The notes beneath the pieces are model-generated. The model saw nothing but the letters and a program-made list of their open reading frames with translations, did not search any database and was not told the origin of the DNA. Source: Clostridia bacterium (GTDB lineage: Bacteria; Bacillota; Clostridia; UMGS1883). Taken from it: a DNA stretch of 64,000 bases. Shown here in pieces: positions 46,027-56,871 of this stretch; within the stretch, counting starts at the first letter, position 1, and every line of letters starts with the position of its first letter. A program made the translations under genes and the position numbers. The stretch spans positions 64,001 to 128,000 of the forward strand of contig JBJDXJ010000038.1 of the NCBI GenBank assembly GCA_051866635.1, written 5' to 3'.

Positions 46027-46848
46027 ATGAAAACACGACTTTTAACAGCAGCTTTGGGGATAGTTTTGTTTTTTACAATTCTTTTCCTGCCTCCTATGGT
46101 GTTTCACGCTGCATTAATGATTATTGTAGGTATAGCTACATACGAAATATATGCTGTAACAGGCATTAACAAAAATTTGCCCTTGGCACTGTCAGGCTGT
46201 TTCGGAATAGCACTTTGTGCACTTTTGGGATGTATGCATTTGGGCGATTCGGTTATTAATTTTGAAGTATGCCTGGGATGTTTAAGTCTTTATATTGTAT
46301 ACATTTTTTGTATGGTGGTATTTGACCACAAAAACGTAAAGCTTTCCGATGCTTCAGTAGCATTTTTCACATCTGTGTTTATTGCGGTTTTATATTCATA
46401 TATTATTCCCCTTCGTGAGGATGAACACGGAATATGGATGATTATTGTGCTTTTTGCCGCAACATGGTGCTGTGATGCAGGTGCATATTTTATCGGCATT
46501 AAATTCGGCAAGCATAAGCTTGCCCCCGTTTTAAGTCCAAAAAAGACTATTGAAGGCTTTTTCGGCGGAATTCTGGGAAGTGTAGTAGGAATGGGAATTC
46601 TGTCTTTGGTGTTAAACAGCGTGGGAATAGAATGTAACGAAATTGCACTTATGATTACCGGTGTGGGATGCTCTCTTGTGGGACCTGTGGGCGATATTGC
46701 AACAAGTGCCATAAAAAGGGAAGCAAATGTTAAAGATTTCGGAAATCTTTTCCCCGGTCACGGCGGTATACTTGACAGATTTGACAGTATACTTTTAACT
46801 ACACCTTTTGTATATTTTATGAATGAGATTTTTAATCTTATAGGATAA
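46027..46848 (+). CDS. cdsA: Phosphatidate cytidylyltransferase
   Basis: Multi-TM; SPKKTIEG, KDFGNLFPGHGGILDRFDS. Confidence 0.95.
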   Translation: MKTRLLTAALGIVLFFTILFLPPMVFHAALMIIVGIATYEIYAVTGINKNLPLALSGCFGIALCALLGCMHLGDSVINFEVCLGCLSLYIVYIFCMVVFDHKNVKLSDASVAFFTSVFIAVLYSYIIPLREDEHGIWMIIVLFAATWCCDAGAYFIGIKFGKHKLAPVLSPKKTIEGFFGGILGSVVGMGILSLVLNSVGIECNEIALMITGVGCSLVGPVGDIATSAIKREANVKDFGNLFPGHGGILDRFDSILLTTPFVYFMNEIFNLIG

Positions 46849-46860
46849 GAGGCAAGGAAG

Positions 46861-48000
46861 ATGAAAGAAATATCTATCTTGGGTTCCACAGGTTCAATCG
46901 GCACACAAAGTCTGGAGGTTGTGGATAAGGATAACAATTTAAAGGTTGCCGCATTGACGGCATATAAAAATACAGATTTACTTGAAAAGCAAATCAGACA
47001 CTACAAACCTAAAATGGCAGCAATGTACGATAGTGCATGTGCCAATGACTTAAAGGTAAGGGTAGCAGACACTGATACTGTAATTTTGTCAGGAGAAGAA
47101 GGCGTTTGTGAATGTGCCCGTCAGGGCAGTATGGCAGTAACTGCCATTGTTGGCATTGCAGGATTAAGGCCCACCATCTCTGCCATTGAATCGGGAAGCG
47201 ACATTGCCCTTTCAAATAAGGAAACACTTGTTACAGCAGGGGAATATGTTATGAATTATGCCCGTGAAAAGGGTGTGAAGATTGTCCCTGTTGACAGTGA
47301 ACACAGTGCAATTTTTCAGTCAATTGCAAATCAGGGTAAATTTGTGGAAAGAATAATTATCACGGCATCGGGCGGTCCTTTCTTCGGCAAAAAGCGTGAA
47401 GAGCTTTTAAACGTTACCGCTGAAGACGCTCTAAAGCACCCCAACTGGTCAATGGGTGCAAAAATTACAATCGACAGCTCAACCTTGGTAAACAAAGGTT
47501 TGGAAATTATTGAAGCAATGCACCTTTTCGGTGTTGATGTTGACAATATCGTCCCCGTTGTACACCGCCAGAGTATTGTTCATTCTTTGGTTGAGTTTTG
47601 CGACGGCAGTGTTATAGGTCAGTTGGGGGTACCTGATATGAAATTACCCATTTCCTATGCACTTCACTATCCCGATAGGAGCATAAAAGTGTCGGAAAGA
47701 CTTGATTTGGTTAAAATCGGAACACTTACATTTGACGATATTGACCATGAAGCATTCCCGGCTGTTACCATGGCAAAAAAGGCGGCAAAAACAGGCGGTA
47801 CAATGCCCTGTGTATTTAACGGTGCCAACGAAGAAGCCGTGGCAATGTTCCTTAAGGGCAAGTGTAAATTTGGCGATATTACAGAATATATTTCCTATGC
47901 AATGGATAAACATAAGATTACACAGCCTTCCTCCATCGAAGCGGTGGAAGAGGCAGACTTATTTGCACGGCGTATGGTTCGTGAAAAAGCGGGATTATAA
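46861..48000 (+). CDS. dxr: 1-deoxy-D-xylulose-5-phosphate reductoisomerase
   Basis: LGSTGSIG, PVDSEH, TASGGPF, HPNWSMGAKITIDS, ANEEAV. Confidence 0.97.
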   Translation: MKEISILGSTGSIGTQSLEVVDKDNNLKVAALTAYKNTDLLEKQIRHYKPKMAAMYDSACANDLKVRVADTDTVILSGEEGVCECARQGSMAVTAIVGIAGLRPTISAIESGSDIALSNKETLVTAGEYVMNYAREKGVKIVPVDSEHSAIFQSIANQGKFVERIIITASGGPFFGKKREELLNVTAEDALKHPNWSMGAKITIDSSTLVNKGLEIIEAMHLFGVDVDNIVPVVHRQSIVHSLVEFCDGSVIGQLGVPDMKLPISYALHYPDRSIKVSERLDLVKIGTLTFDDIDHEAFPAVTMAKKAAKTGGTMPCVFNGANEEAVAMFLKGKCKFGDITEYISYAMDKHKITQPSSIEAVEEADLFARRMVREKAGL

Positions 48001-48017
48001 TTTCTTGGAGGTTTCTG

Positions 48018-49046
48018 ATGGCTTTTTCGTTGATTGTTACTGTTTTGGCATTTGGAATTATGGTTATGCTCCATGAGGCAGGTCACTTTTTTATGGCAAG
48101 GCGGTTCGGTGTAACCGTTCATGAATTTTCCATTGGTATGGGACCGCTCCTTTTTAAGTGGGGCAAGGGTGAAACACAGTATTCCCTCAGGCTTCTTCCT
48201 TTGGGCGGCTATGTTAAGCTTGAAAGTGAAAATGATGAAAGTGACAACCCTAAGGCTTTTTCAAATGTATCTCCCGTAAAACGTATATGCGTGCTTCTGG
48301 CAGGTGCATTTATGAATGTGCTGTTGGGTTTTCTGTGTTTTGTAATTATCAATAATATATACGGATATGCCGAGATACCTCTTGTATCCGAAGTAATTGA
48401 AAATTCCCCGGCACAACAATCAGGGATTATGGCAGGCGACTGCATTATAAAACTTGACGGAAAAAATGTGGGAACACAGTCCGATGTAAGACTGCACATG
48501 CTTGATAAAAAAGAAACCGTGGAGGTAACTTTTATCCGTGAGGGTGAAAAGCATAAAGTAACACTTAAACCGCTCCTTGGTGAAAACGGTCAGATGTTTA
48601 TAGGTTTTAAGGGCAGTGTGAAAAAACTAACCTTTTTGGAAAGCTTTAAATATTCCTACTACGACACCCGTTATGTGGTAAAGGCAGTATTTTATTCTTT
48701 AAAAATGCTCCTTACAGGCGGTGCTAAAATAAGCGATATGTCAGGACCTGTGGGTATTATTCAGGTGGTTGACCAAACAACCGAGGCAGTAGGAGATTTG
48801 GGCATAATGTATATATTTATAAACCTTCTGAACATTTTTGCAATGATAAGCGTAAATTTAGGGGTGTTCAATCTTTTACCCATACCCGGTCTTGACGGAG
48901 GAAGCATTATTTTCAATTTAATCGAAGTTGTAACAAGGAAAAAACAAAAGCCTGAAATTTTAGGATATATAAATCTTATCGGTCTTGCCCTTTTGTTGGG
49001 GCTTGGCGTTCTGGTAATGATTTCCGATATCATTAAACTGATATAG
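48018..49046 (+). CDS. rseP: RIP metalloprotease (site-2 protease) with PDZ domain
   Basis: HEAGH, FSIGMGP, LGGYV, NLLPIPGLDGG. Confidence 0.93.
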   Translation: MAFSLIVTVLAFGIMVMLHEAGHFFMARRFGVTVHEFSIGMGPLLFKWGKGETQYSLRLLPLGGYVKLESENDESDNPKAFSNVSPVKRICVLLAGAFMNVLLGFLCFVIINNIYGYAEIPLVSEVIENSPAQQSGIMAGDCIIKLDGKNVGTQSDVRLHMLDKKETVEVTFIREGEKHKVTLKPLLGENGQMFIGFKGSVKKLTFLESFKYSYYDTRYVVKAVFYSLKMLLTGGAKISDMSGPVGIIQVVDQTTEAVGDLGIMYIFINLLNIFAMISVNLGVFNLLPIPGLDGGSIIFNLIEVVTRKKQKPEILGYINLIGLALLLGLGVLVMISDIIKLI

Positions 49047-49061
49047 AGAGGATGAGATAAA

Positions 49062-49493
49062 ATGAGCAGAAAATCTGCAAGAGAAAATGCGTTTAAAATT
49101 ATTTACAACAGTGCTCTTTTAAAAGAGCCTCCTCATGATATGTGCCAATATTTTGAAGAAACCTGCAAGGACGAATTATGGGCAGAAGACTCCATGAGCA
49201 AGAATGACAAGGAATATATGAAGATGGTAGTTTTCGGTGCCTGCGAAAAGAAAAACGAAATTAACGAAAAAATTGCACCACTTCTTAAAAAGTGGGATAT
49301 TGCCCGTATTCCCAAGGTAAGTCTTGCGATTTTACAGCTTGCAATTTACGAAATTGACAATGTGGAGGATGTGCCTGAAAAGGTTGCCGCAAACGAGGCT
49401 GTTGAGCTTGCAAAAAAGTACGGTGACGAGGATACTTATAAGTTTATTAACGGTGTTTTGGCAGAATACTTAAAAAACGCACAAAATAACTGA
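49062..49493 (+). CDS. nusB: Transcription antitermination factor
   Basis: SRKSARE, AILQLAIYEI, NEAVELAKKY, FINGVL. Confidence 0.93.
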   Translation: MSRKSARENAFKIIYNSALLKEPPHDMCQYFEETCKDELWAEDSMSKNDKEYMKMVVFGACEKKNEINEKIAPLLKKWDIARIPKVSLAILQLAIYEIDNVEDVPEKVAANEAVELAKKYGDEDTYKFINGVLAEYLKNAQNN

Positions 49494-49515
49494 AAATTGG
49501 GAAGGAAGTAGGGTA

Positions 49516-50721
49516 ATGGCTGACAGGCATATTGCAACGGTAACACAAATAAATAACTACATAAAAGCCATTATCGAGCGTACGGAGGTATTGCAGAACA
49601 TATGGATAAAAGGTGAAATAAGTAACCTTAAATACCACTCCTCCGGACATGTGTACCTGACCTTAAAGGACGAAGGTGCAACATTAAAAGCAGTAATGTT
49701 CAAGGGTGCCGTTATGCGCCTTCCATTTAAAATGGAAAACGGTATGAAGGTCAGTGCAAACGGTCGTATCGGTGTTTTTGAACGTGACGGTGCCTATCAG
49801 CTTTATATTGAAAATATGGAGCAGGAGGGCAAGGGCAATCTGTATCAGCAGTTGGAGGAGCTTAAGAAAAAGCTGTCCAATGAAGGATTGTTTGATGAAA
49901 AGTATAAAAAGCCTATACCGTCTTTTCCAAAAAAGGTGGGCATTGTTACAAGCCCCACAGGTGCGGCTGTAAGGGATATTATAAACATTTTAAAACGCCG
50001 TTACCCCATAGCAGAGGTGCTTTTGTACCCTGCCTTGGTACAAGGTGCGGGTGCATCGCCTACCATTGTAAAGGGTATTGAATTTTTTAATAACAACACA
50101 GATGTTGACGTTTTGATTGTAGGCAGAGGCGGCGGCAGTATTGAAGATTTGTGGGCTTTTAACGAGGAAAATACGGTAAGGGCAATATTCAAATCAAATA
50201 TACCTGTCATTTCAGCCGTTGGACACGAAACAGATTTTACTCTCTCCGATGCGGTGGCTGATTTAAGAGCACCTACGCCTTCTGCGGCGGCAGAGGTGGC
50301 TGTTCCCGATGTGAAGGAAATTGATATAAGGCTCAGAAGATACCTGGAAAACTTAAAAACCCTCCTTTTGAAGAAAGCTGAGGACAGCGAAGTTAAACTT
50401 AACCTTATATCTGCCCGTGCCTCAAAGGAAAGCTTTGTAAGAAAAGTTGAAAACCTTATGCAGATAACCGATAATACCTTTGACAATTTGTGCCGTGTAT
50501 ATACAATGAGATGCGAGGGAAAGTTAAGCACCCTTTCAGCGTATGCGGCGAAACTTGATGCCTTAAGCCCTCTTAAGGTTTTTGACAGAGGATACTCTGT
50601 GGCATATAAGGAAAATAAGGTTATCAGAAGTGTTAAAGATGTTAGTATAAACGATGCGGTTACCATTATGTTAAGGGACGGAAAAATAACCGCACAAGTA
50701 ACCGAAAGTGAAGGAAGATAG
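49516..50721 (+). CDS. xseA: Exodeoxyribonuclease VII large subunit
   Basis: GEISN, SGHVYLTLKD, RGGGSIEDLWAFN, VGHETD, PTPSAAAE. Confidence 0.96.
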   Translation: MADRHIATVTQINNYIKAIIERTEVLQNIWIKGEISNLKYHSSGHVYLTLKDEGATLKAVMFKGAVMRLPFKMENGMKVSANGRIGVFERDGAYQLYIENMEQEGKGNLYQQLEELKKKLSNEGLFDEKYKKPIPSFPKKVGIVTSPTGAAVRDIINILKRRYPIAEVLLYPALVQGAGASPTIVKGIEFFNNNTDVDVLIVGRGGGSIEDLWAFNEENTVRAIFKSNIPVISAVGHETDFTLSDAVADLRAPTPSAAAEVAVPDVKEIDIRLRRYLENLKTLLLKKAEDSEVKLNLISARASKESFVRKVENLMQITDNTFDNLCRVYTMRCEGKLSTLSAYAAKLDALSPLKVFDRGYSVAYKENKVIRSVKDVSINDAVTIMLRDGKITAQVTESEGR

Positions 50722-50723
50722 TA

Positions 50724-50933
50724 ATGACCTTTGAAGAATCATTGAAAGAATTGGAAGAAACAGTTAAGAAACTTGAAAATGGGGAAACAACCTTAGAGGA
50801 GGCAATTACTCTTTTTGAAAAGGGGGTTACCCTTACGAAAAATTGCAGAAAACTGCTTGATGATGCACAGCTAAGGGTAAAAAAGGTTACCGAGGACGGT
50901 GTTTGCGATTTTGAGGAAAGGACGGAAGAATGA
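50724..50933 (+). CDS. xseB: Exodeoxyribonuclease VII small subunit
   Basis: TFEESLKELEETVKKLE..LEEAI..FEKG; position after xseA. Confidence 0.93.
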   Translation: MTFEESLKELEETVKKLENGETTLEEAITLFEKGVTLTKNCRKLLDDAQLRVKKVTEDGVCDFEERTEE

Positions 50934-51799
50934 TGGATTTCAAAGACAAACTGAATGAATATATTTTGCGTGTTAATACGGAGCTTGAAGAGGTATCTGA
51001 GAAATTCCCAGGAGATGTTATTGTTTCCGAGGCTATGAAATATTCCCTTCTTGCAGGGGGCAAAAGAATTCGTCCCGTAATTGCACTTGCCATGTGCGAT
51101 GCACTTGGAGGAGATATGAATACTGCTCTTTATTTCGGATGTGCCCTTGAAATGATACACACTTATTCACTTATACACGACGACCTTCCATGTATGGACA
51201 ACGATACACTCCGCCGCGGCATGCCAACTTGCCATGTAAAGTATGGCGAGGCTTATGCCCTTTTGGCAGGAGACGGGCTGTTGACATATGCATTTCAGTA
51301 TATAACGGAAAAAGTGAAAGATAAAGTTAAGGCTTTTGACTATATATCATATCTTGCCAAAAACGCAGGTATCTGTGGTATGGTAGGAGGACAGACTGAC
51401 GATATCAAAGCGGAAAGCGAAAAGGTGGATATAGACACTCTTAAGTATATTCACTTAAGAAAAACAGGTGGCCTTATAAACGCCGCCGGTGCCGCAGGTG
51501 CCATTGCATCCGGGAAGGATGTAAGATGTTCTGAGCCTTATACAAAAAGTCTCGGTCTTGCCTTCCAGATAAAGGATGACATATTGGACATTGAAGGGGA
51601 CGCAGAAAAAATGGGTAAAACCTTAATGAAGGACATAAAGTCCGACAAGTCCACCTTTGTAACGCTTTTGGGTATAAAACAGGCTAAAGAAGAACTTGAA
51701 AAAGAAACTGAAAAAGCTATCGAAGCTTCAAATACATTCGGCGAAAAGGGCGAGTTCTTAAAAGAACTTGCCATAGCAATGCTGAAAAGAGAAAATTAA
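50930..51799 (+). CDS. ispA: Polyprenyl (farnesyl/geranyl) diphosphate synthase
   Basis: GGKRIRP, SLIHDDLPCMDND..RRG, FQIKDDILD. Confidence 0.92.
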   Translation: MMDFKDKLNEYILRVNTELEEVSEKFPGDVIVSEAMKYSLLAGGKRIRPVIALAMCDALGGDMNTALYFGCALEMIHTYSLIHDDLPCMDNDTLRRGMPTCHVKYGEAYALLAGDGLLTYAFQYITEKVKDKVKAFDYISYLAKNAGICGMVGGQTDDIKAESEKVDIDTLKYIHLRKTGGLINAAGAAGAIASGKDVRCSEPYTKSLGLAFQIKDDILDIEGDAEKMGKTLMKDIKSDKSTFVTLLGIKQAKEELEKETEKAIEASNTFGEKGEFLKELAIAMLKREN

Positions 51800-51821
51800 C
51801 CTTAAGAAGGGTGATAATCAA

Positions 51822-52262
51822 ATGATGGAAATTATAACAACACCGCTTGTGGCAGCTATAGTAGCATGGGCGGCGGCACAGCTTTTAAAGGTGGCAATAA
51901 ACTCCATAATGGAAAGGCGTTTTGCGTGGTATTCATTACTGGCATCAGGCGGCATGCCTTCATCTCACAGTGCCTTTGTAACAGCCCTTGCCTTTTTAAT
52001 AGGTGTTAAGCATGGCTTTTCAAGTGACTTTTTCTCACTTGCGGCGGCATTTGCACTTGTTGTAATGTATGATGCCTGCGGTGTAAGGCGTGCGGTAGGC
52101 GAACAGGCTAAGGCATTGAACAGAATTCTCGATGCAATGAAGGAAAACAGCACCATGCATAACGAAGCTGCCTTAAAGGAAATTTTAGGCCACAGCCCCT
52201 TTCAGGTGGCAATGGGCTTTCTGTTGGGCATTGGCATAGGTCTTGTGTTTATGGTGGGCTAA
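51822..52262 (+). CDS. Divergent PAP2 family (DUF212) membrane protein
   Basis: GGMPSSHS, VMYDA.GVR, LKE.LGH.P. Confidence 0.9.
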   Translation: MMEIITTPLVAAIVAWAAAQLLKVAINSIMERRFAWYSLLASGGMPSSHSAFVTALAFLIGVKHGFSSDFFSLAAAFALVVMYDACGVRRAVGEQAKALNRILDAMKENSTMHNEAALKEILGHSPFQVAMGFLLGIGIGLVFMVG

Positions 52263-52271
52263 AAATTTGAG

Positions 52272-53348
52272 GTGTTTGAAATGTTTAGTAAATTAGCTTT
52301 TATAGAAGAAAAATACAGGGAGCTTTCAGAAAAAATCAGCGACCCTGAAGTAATAGCAGATATAGAGTCATGGCGTAAGCTCATGAAAGAGCATAGCGAT
52401 ATGACTCCTATTGTTGAAAAGTACAGGGAGTATAAGGAAGTAATAAAAACAATCGAAGATGCGGAAGAAATGCTGTCAGAGAGTCAGGATGCAGAATTTG
52501 AAGAATTGCTTCGTGAAGAATTAAGCGATGCAAAAACCCGTGTTCCATATTTGGAGGAGGAGTTAAAAATACTTCTTATCCCCAAGGACCCAAACGATGA
52601 AAAAAGTGTTATTGTTGAAATCCGAGGCGGTACAGGCGGTGAGGAAGCGGCACTTTTTGCTGCCGAGCTTTTCAGAATGTATTCAATGTACGCAGATAAA
52701 AAACGCTGGAAGATTGAAATTATGAACTCCAACCAGACAGAGCTTGGGGGATATAAGGAAATTTCCTTCAGCGTTGAAGGTAGCGGTGCATACAGTCGTT
52801 TTAAGTACGAAAGCGGTGTTCACCGTGTACAGAGAGTACCTGAAACCGAATCCCAGGGCAGAATACAGACCTCTGCCGCATCTGTTGCGGTGTTGCCGGA
52901 AGTTGAAGAAGTTGAACTTGAAATTAACCAGAACGATTTGAAGATTGATGTTTTCCGTGCAGGCGGCCCCGGCGGTCAGTGCGTTAACACAACTGACTCT
53001 GCCGTTAGAATTACACATCTTCCCACAGGACTTGTGGTTTCATGTCAGGATGAAAAAAGCCAGCACAAAAACAAGGATAAGGCATTAAAGGTTTTAAGAA
53101 GCCGACTTTATGAGCTTATGGAGGCAGAAAGAAATGCATCCATTGCCGCAGAACGTAAAAGTCAGGTGGGTACAGGTGACAGAAGCGAGCGAATAAGAAC
53201 GTATAACTTTCCTCAGGGCAGGGTGACAGACCACAGAATTAATCTTACCCTTTATAAAATAGACGCTATTATGGACGGGGACTTAGATGAACTTATTGAT
53301 GCTCTTGCAACATATTACCAAAGCGAAAAGCTGAAAGGGGAAAACTGA
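52272..53348 (+). CDS. prfA: Peptide chain release factor 1
   Basis: GGQ motif, PxT recognition loop (RVPETE), [12 protein letters not shown]; alternative start at ATG 52281. Confidence 0.96.
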   Translation: MFEMFSKLAFIEEKYRELSEKISDPEVIADIESWRKLMKEHSDMTPIVEKYREYKEVIKTIEDAEEMLSESQDAEFEELLREELSDAKTRVPYLEEELKILLIPKDPNDEKSVIVEIRGGTGGEEAALFAAELFRMYSMYADKKRWKIEIMNSNQTELGGYKEISFSVEGSGAYSRFKYESGVHRVQRVPETESQGRIQTSAASVAVLPEVEEVELEINQNDLKIDVFRAGGPGGQCVNTTDSAVRITHLPTGLVVSCQDEKSQHKNKDKALKVLRSRLYELMEAERNASIAAERKSQVGTGDRSERIRTYNFPQGRVTDHRINLTLYKIDAIMDGDLDELIDALATYYQSEKLKGEN

Positions 53349-53349
53349 A

Positions 53350-54309
53350 ATGATGTCCGCTAATCGAAAGGAGAAAGAACTCCTTACAAGAATTATATCG
53401 GAATTCAAACTTGAAGTTATATATGAACCTAAGAATATTGGCGACATATGGATAACATGTAGTGATATTCACCGTCCCGGTATTCAGTTTGCCGCCAATT
53501 ATTATGATTATTTTGACGATGACAGAATACAGGTTTTAGGTAAGGCAGAGCTGTTTTACCTTATGGAAAAGTCCGCTGAAGAAAGATATGAAATTATTGA
53601 AAACCTTTGCAAGCGGAAAATTCCCGCAATTGTTGTAACAAGAAAAGCGGAAATTTTGTCCGAGCTTATGGAAGTGGTACAAAAGTACAACATTCCGCTT
53701 TTAAGGACAGAGGAACATACATCCCAGTTTGTAGCAACATATATTTCCACAATGAACGTACTTCTGGCACCATTTATCACCCGTCACGGCGTATTGATGG
53801 AAATTTACGGTGAAGGTGTGCTTTTACTTGGTGAAAGCGGCGTTGGTAAAAGCGAAACGGCAGTTGAGCTTGTTAAGCGTGGACACCGCCTTGTTGCGGA
53901 CGATGCAGTTGAAATCAAAAGGGTTTCCGCAAAGACACTTGTGGGTTCATCCCCTGAAATTATCCGCCACTTTATTGAGCTTCGAGGCATAGGCATTATT
54001 GACATTAAAAAGATTTTTGGTATGGGTGCCGTAAAGGACACGGAAAATGTTGACTTTGTGGTAAACCTTGAATTGTGGCAACAGGGCAAGAACTATGAAA
54101 GATTAGGTCTTGATAAAACATATACAAATATTTTGGGGATTGACGTTCCCTCCGTTACGGTGCCTGTACGCCCCGGCCGTAACCTTGCCATCATTGTGGA
54201 AATTGCCGCAATGAACTTCCGTCAGCAAAAAATGGGCTACAATGCGGCTGAAGAATTGTCGGAAAGATTAAACAAGCAGATAAATATGGATGCAAACAGC
54301 ATACTATAA
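53350..54309 (+). CDS. hprK: HPr(Ser) kinase/phosphorylase
   Basis: HGVL, GESGVGKSE, GHRLVADD, ELRGIGII, PGRNLA. Confidence 0.96.
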   Translation: MMSANRKEKELLTRIISEFKLEVIYEPKNIGDIWITCSDIHRPGIQFAANYYDYFDDDRIQVLGKAELFYLMEKSAEERYEIIENLCKRKIPAIVVTRKAEILSELMEVVQKYNIPLLRTEEHTSQFVATYISTMNVLLAPFITRHGVLMEIYGEGVLLLGESGVGKSETAVELVKRGHRLVADDAVEIKRVSAKTLVGSSPEIIRHFIELRGIGIIDIKKIFGMGAVKDTENVDFVVNLELWQQGKNYERLGLDKTYTNILGIDVPSVTVPVRPGRNLAIIVEIAAMNFRQQKMGYNAAEELSERLNKQINMDANSIL

Positions 54310-54325
54310 TTGAGAAGGTTACAAA

Positions 54326-55039
54326 ATGATTAAAATTACAGTTGATACACATACACATACAAATGTGAGCCACCATGCCTTTTCCACATTGGAGGAAAAT
54401 ATTGCATTTGCGGCAAAGAACAATCTTGAGGGCATTGCCATGACAAACCACGGACCTGATTTAGGTGACGGTGCCGTGTGGTTCCATTTTAAGTCTGCAA
54501 GACATCTGCCAAAATATGTACGTGGTGTCCGTCTTATAACAGGTGCAGAAGTTGATATTATGGACGAGAGCGGAAGATTGGACATTGACGATGAGCTACT
54601 TAAAAATCTTGAACTTGTAATTGCATCCTTTCATACACCTTGTTTCCCGCCTAATTCGGACAAAGATGTTGTTACACGGGCATGGCTTAATACCTTGGAA
54701 AACGAAAATGTTGACGTTTTAGGTCATATGGGTGACGGCAGATATATGTGTGATTATGAAACTGTTGTAAAAAAAGCTAAAGAAAAGGGTAAAATAATTG
54801 AGATAAATAATCACTCCTTTAAAGTAAGGGCAGGAAGCAATGAAAACTGCAGGGAAATTGCACTTTTATGCAAAAAGTATTCCGTTCCCGTGGTTTTAAG
54901 CACCGATGCCCATTTTTCAGAAGAAATCGGCATTGTGCCAAACAGTGTAAAGTTACTTGAGGAAATTGACTTTCCAAAGGAACTGATACTTAACACATCA
55001 CTAAAAAAGCTTTGTGATTATTTGAATATTGAATGTTAG
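54326..55039 (+). CDS. PHP-domain phosphatase (YcdX-like)
   Basis: DTHTHT, HAFST, TNHGP, EINN, STDAH. Confidence 0.88.
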   Translation: MIKITVDTHTHTNVSHHAFSTLEENIAFAAKNNLEGIAMTNHGPDLGDGAVWFHFKSARHLPKYVRGVRLITGAEVDIMDESGRLDIDDELLKNLELVIASFHTPCFPPNSDKDVVTRAWLNTLENENVDVLGHMGDGRYMCDYETVVKKAKEKGKIIEINNHSFKVRAGSNENCREIALLCKKYSVPVVLSTDAHFSEEIGIVPNSVKLLEEIDFPKELILNTSLKKLCDYLNIEC

Positions 55040-55049
55040 GGAGTAGGGC

Positions 55050-55961
55050 ATGAAAAACATCGGCGTTGATATTGGCGGCACTTTTATAAAATGTGCAATA
55101 GTTGACAAAAAAGGAAATATTACAGCATCGTGTAAAACACCAACACCCAAAATGGGAAGTGACATACCTGATGCGGTTATAGATTTAATATACAGCCTTC
55201 TTAAAAAAAGCAATCTTACAGTGGATGATATTTATACCATAGGCATCGGCACAACGGGCATATGCGACAGCAAAAACGGGATTGTTATTACGGGCGCCAA
55301 CATTGAGGGGTATAAAAATATTGAAATATGCCGTATTATAAAAGAAAAAACAGGAAAAGACACCTTTATTGACAACGATGCAAACTGTGCGGCACTGGGC
55401 GAATATGTGGCGGCAAATGTTAAATGCCACAGCTTTATATTCATAACCTTAGGCACAGGTATAGGCGGCGGCATTATATTAAACGGAAAAATCCTTCGTG
55501 GTGTTAACGGCGGTGCAGGTGAAATCGGTCATATTACATTGGTAAAGGATGGCGAAAAGTGTAACTGCGGAAGAAAAGGGTGCTGGGAAAGGTATGCATC
55601 TGTTTCGGCACTGTCAAGGCAGACAAGAGAGGCAGGCTTCACGGGTGAAGTGAACGGCAAAACAGTATTTGAAAAAAGCCTTAAGGGCGACAAAGTGGCA
55701 CAAAAGGTTCTTGATAAGTGGCTTAATTATGTGTCTGAGGGCATATGTGACATGGTGAACATTTTCCAGCCTGACCTTATTGTAATAGGTGGCGGTGTAA
55801 GTCGTGAAGGGGACAGGATTTTGAAGCCTGTAGCAGATTTTGTAAATAAAAACTCAATGACAGGAAAAATAACTGCCCTTAAGCAGACGGATATAAGAAT
55901 ATCACAGCTTTTTAATGACGCAGGTGTCATAGGTGCAAGCTTCCTATATACTCAAAACTGA
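55050..55961 (+). CDS. ROK-family kinase (glucokinase-like)
   Basis: GVDIGGT, NDANCAALGE, GTGIGGG, GEIGH, CNCG..GCWE. Confidence 0.92.
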   Translation: MKNIGVDIGGTFIKCAIVDKKGNITASCKTPTPKMGSDIPDAVIDLIYSLLKKSNLTVDDIYTIGIGTTGICDSKNGIVITGANIEGYKNIEICRIIKEKTGKDTFIDNDANCAALGEYVAANVKCHSFIFITLGTGIGGGIILNGKILRGVNGGAGEIGHITLVKDGEKCNCGRKGCWERYASVSALSRQTREAGFTGEVNGKTVFEKSLKGDKVAQKVLDKWLNYVSEGICDMVNIFQPDLIVIGGGVSREGDRILKPVADFVNKNSMTGKITALKQTDIRISQLFNDAGVIGASFLYTQN

Positions 55962-55977
55962 AAATCGGTGGTGTGAC

Positions 55978-56856
55978 ATGTACGATTTTGAAAATTGCAA
56001 TGTACTGAAAAATGTACAGATGAAAGAGTATACTTCCTTTAAAACAGGCGGTGTGGCAAAGGTTATGATTGAACCTAAAAGCCCACAGGCTGTTGCAAAT
56101 GTTTTAAGAAAGTTAAAGGATTTAAACGAAAAATATTATATTTTGGGAAACGGCAGTAACCTTCTTGTGTCGGATAAGGGGATAGACAGGCCTGTAATAC
56201 ACATTGGAAAAGCCTTAAGTCAGATTACAACAGAGGGTGAGTATATCATAGCCCAAAGCGGTGCACTTCTTTCTAAAGTGGCACAAGTTGCCTATAAAAA
56301 CAGTTTGACAGGTATGGAATTTGCCCATGGTATACCCGGCAGTATCGGCGGTGCCGTTTGCATGAATGCAGGGGCATACGGCGGAGAAATCGGGGATATT
56401 ATCGACTGGATTGATTATGCAACAGACAGCGGTGAAATTTACCGTATGGATAAAAACACCGCAAATTTCAGCTACAGAAAAAGCTTTTTCTCCGATAAAG
56501 ATTATGTGGTAGTTGCAGTATGTATTAAGCTTGAAAAAGGCGATGGCGAAACTATCCTTGAAAAAATGAAAGAGCTTGGCGAAAAAAGACGGAGCAAACA
56601 GCCTTTGGAATATCCTTCTGCCGGCAGTACATTTAAAAGACCCCAAGGGCATTTTGCCGCAGAGCTTATTGAAAAAGCAGGGCTTAAAGGTACATCTTTA
56701 GGAGGTGCCTCGGTAAGTGAAAAACATTCGGGCTTTATAATAAATAAAGATAATGCCACAACAGAAGATGTACTTTCTTTAATGGAGAAGGTTAAAGAGG
56801 TTGTACGTGAATATTCGGGGGTAGAATTAGAACCCGAGGTGAAATTCTGGGACTAA
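55978..56856 (+). CDS. murB: UDP-N-acetylmuramate dehydrogenase
   Basis: GNGSNLL, GIPGSIGGA..MNAGAYG, QPLEYPSAGSTFKRP, LEPEV; start placed at ATG 55978. Confidence 0.96.
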   Translation: MYDFENCNVLKNVQMKEYTSFKTGGVAKVMIEPKSPQAVANVLRKLKDLNEKYYILGNGSNLLVSDKGIDRPVIHIGKALSQITTEGEYIIAQSGALLSKVAQVAYKNSLTGMEFAHGIPGSIGGAVCMNAGAYGGEIGDIIDWIDYATDSGEIYRMDKNTANFSYRKSFFSDKDYVVVAVCIKLEKGDGETILEKMKELGEKRRSKQPLEYPSAGSTFKRPQGHFAAELIEKAGLKGTSLGGASVSEKHSGFIINKDNATTEDVLSLMEKVKEVVREYSGVELEPEVKFWD

Positions 56857-56871
56857 GAAGGTGACTTTAAA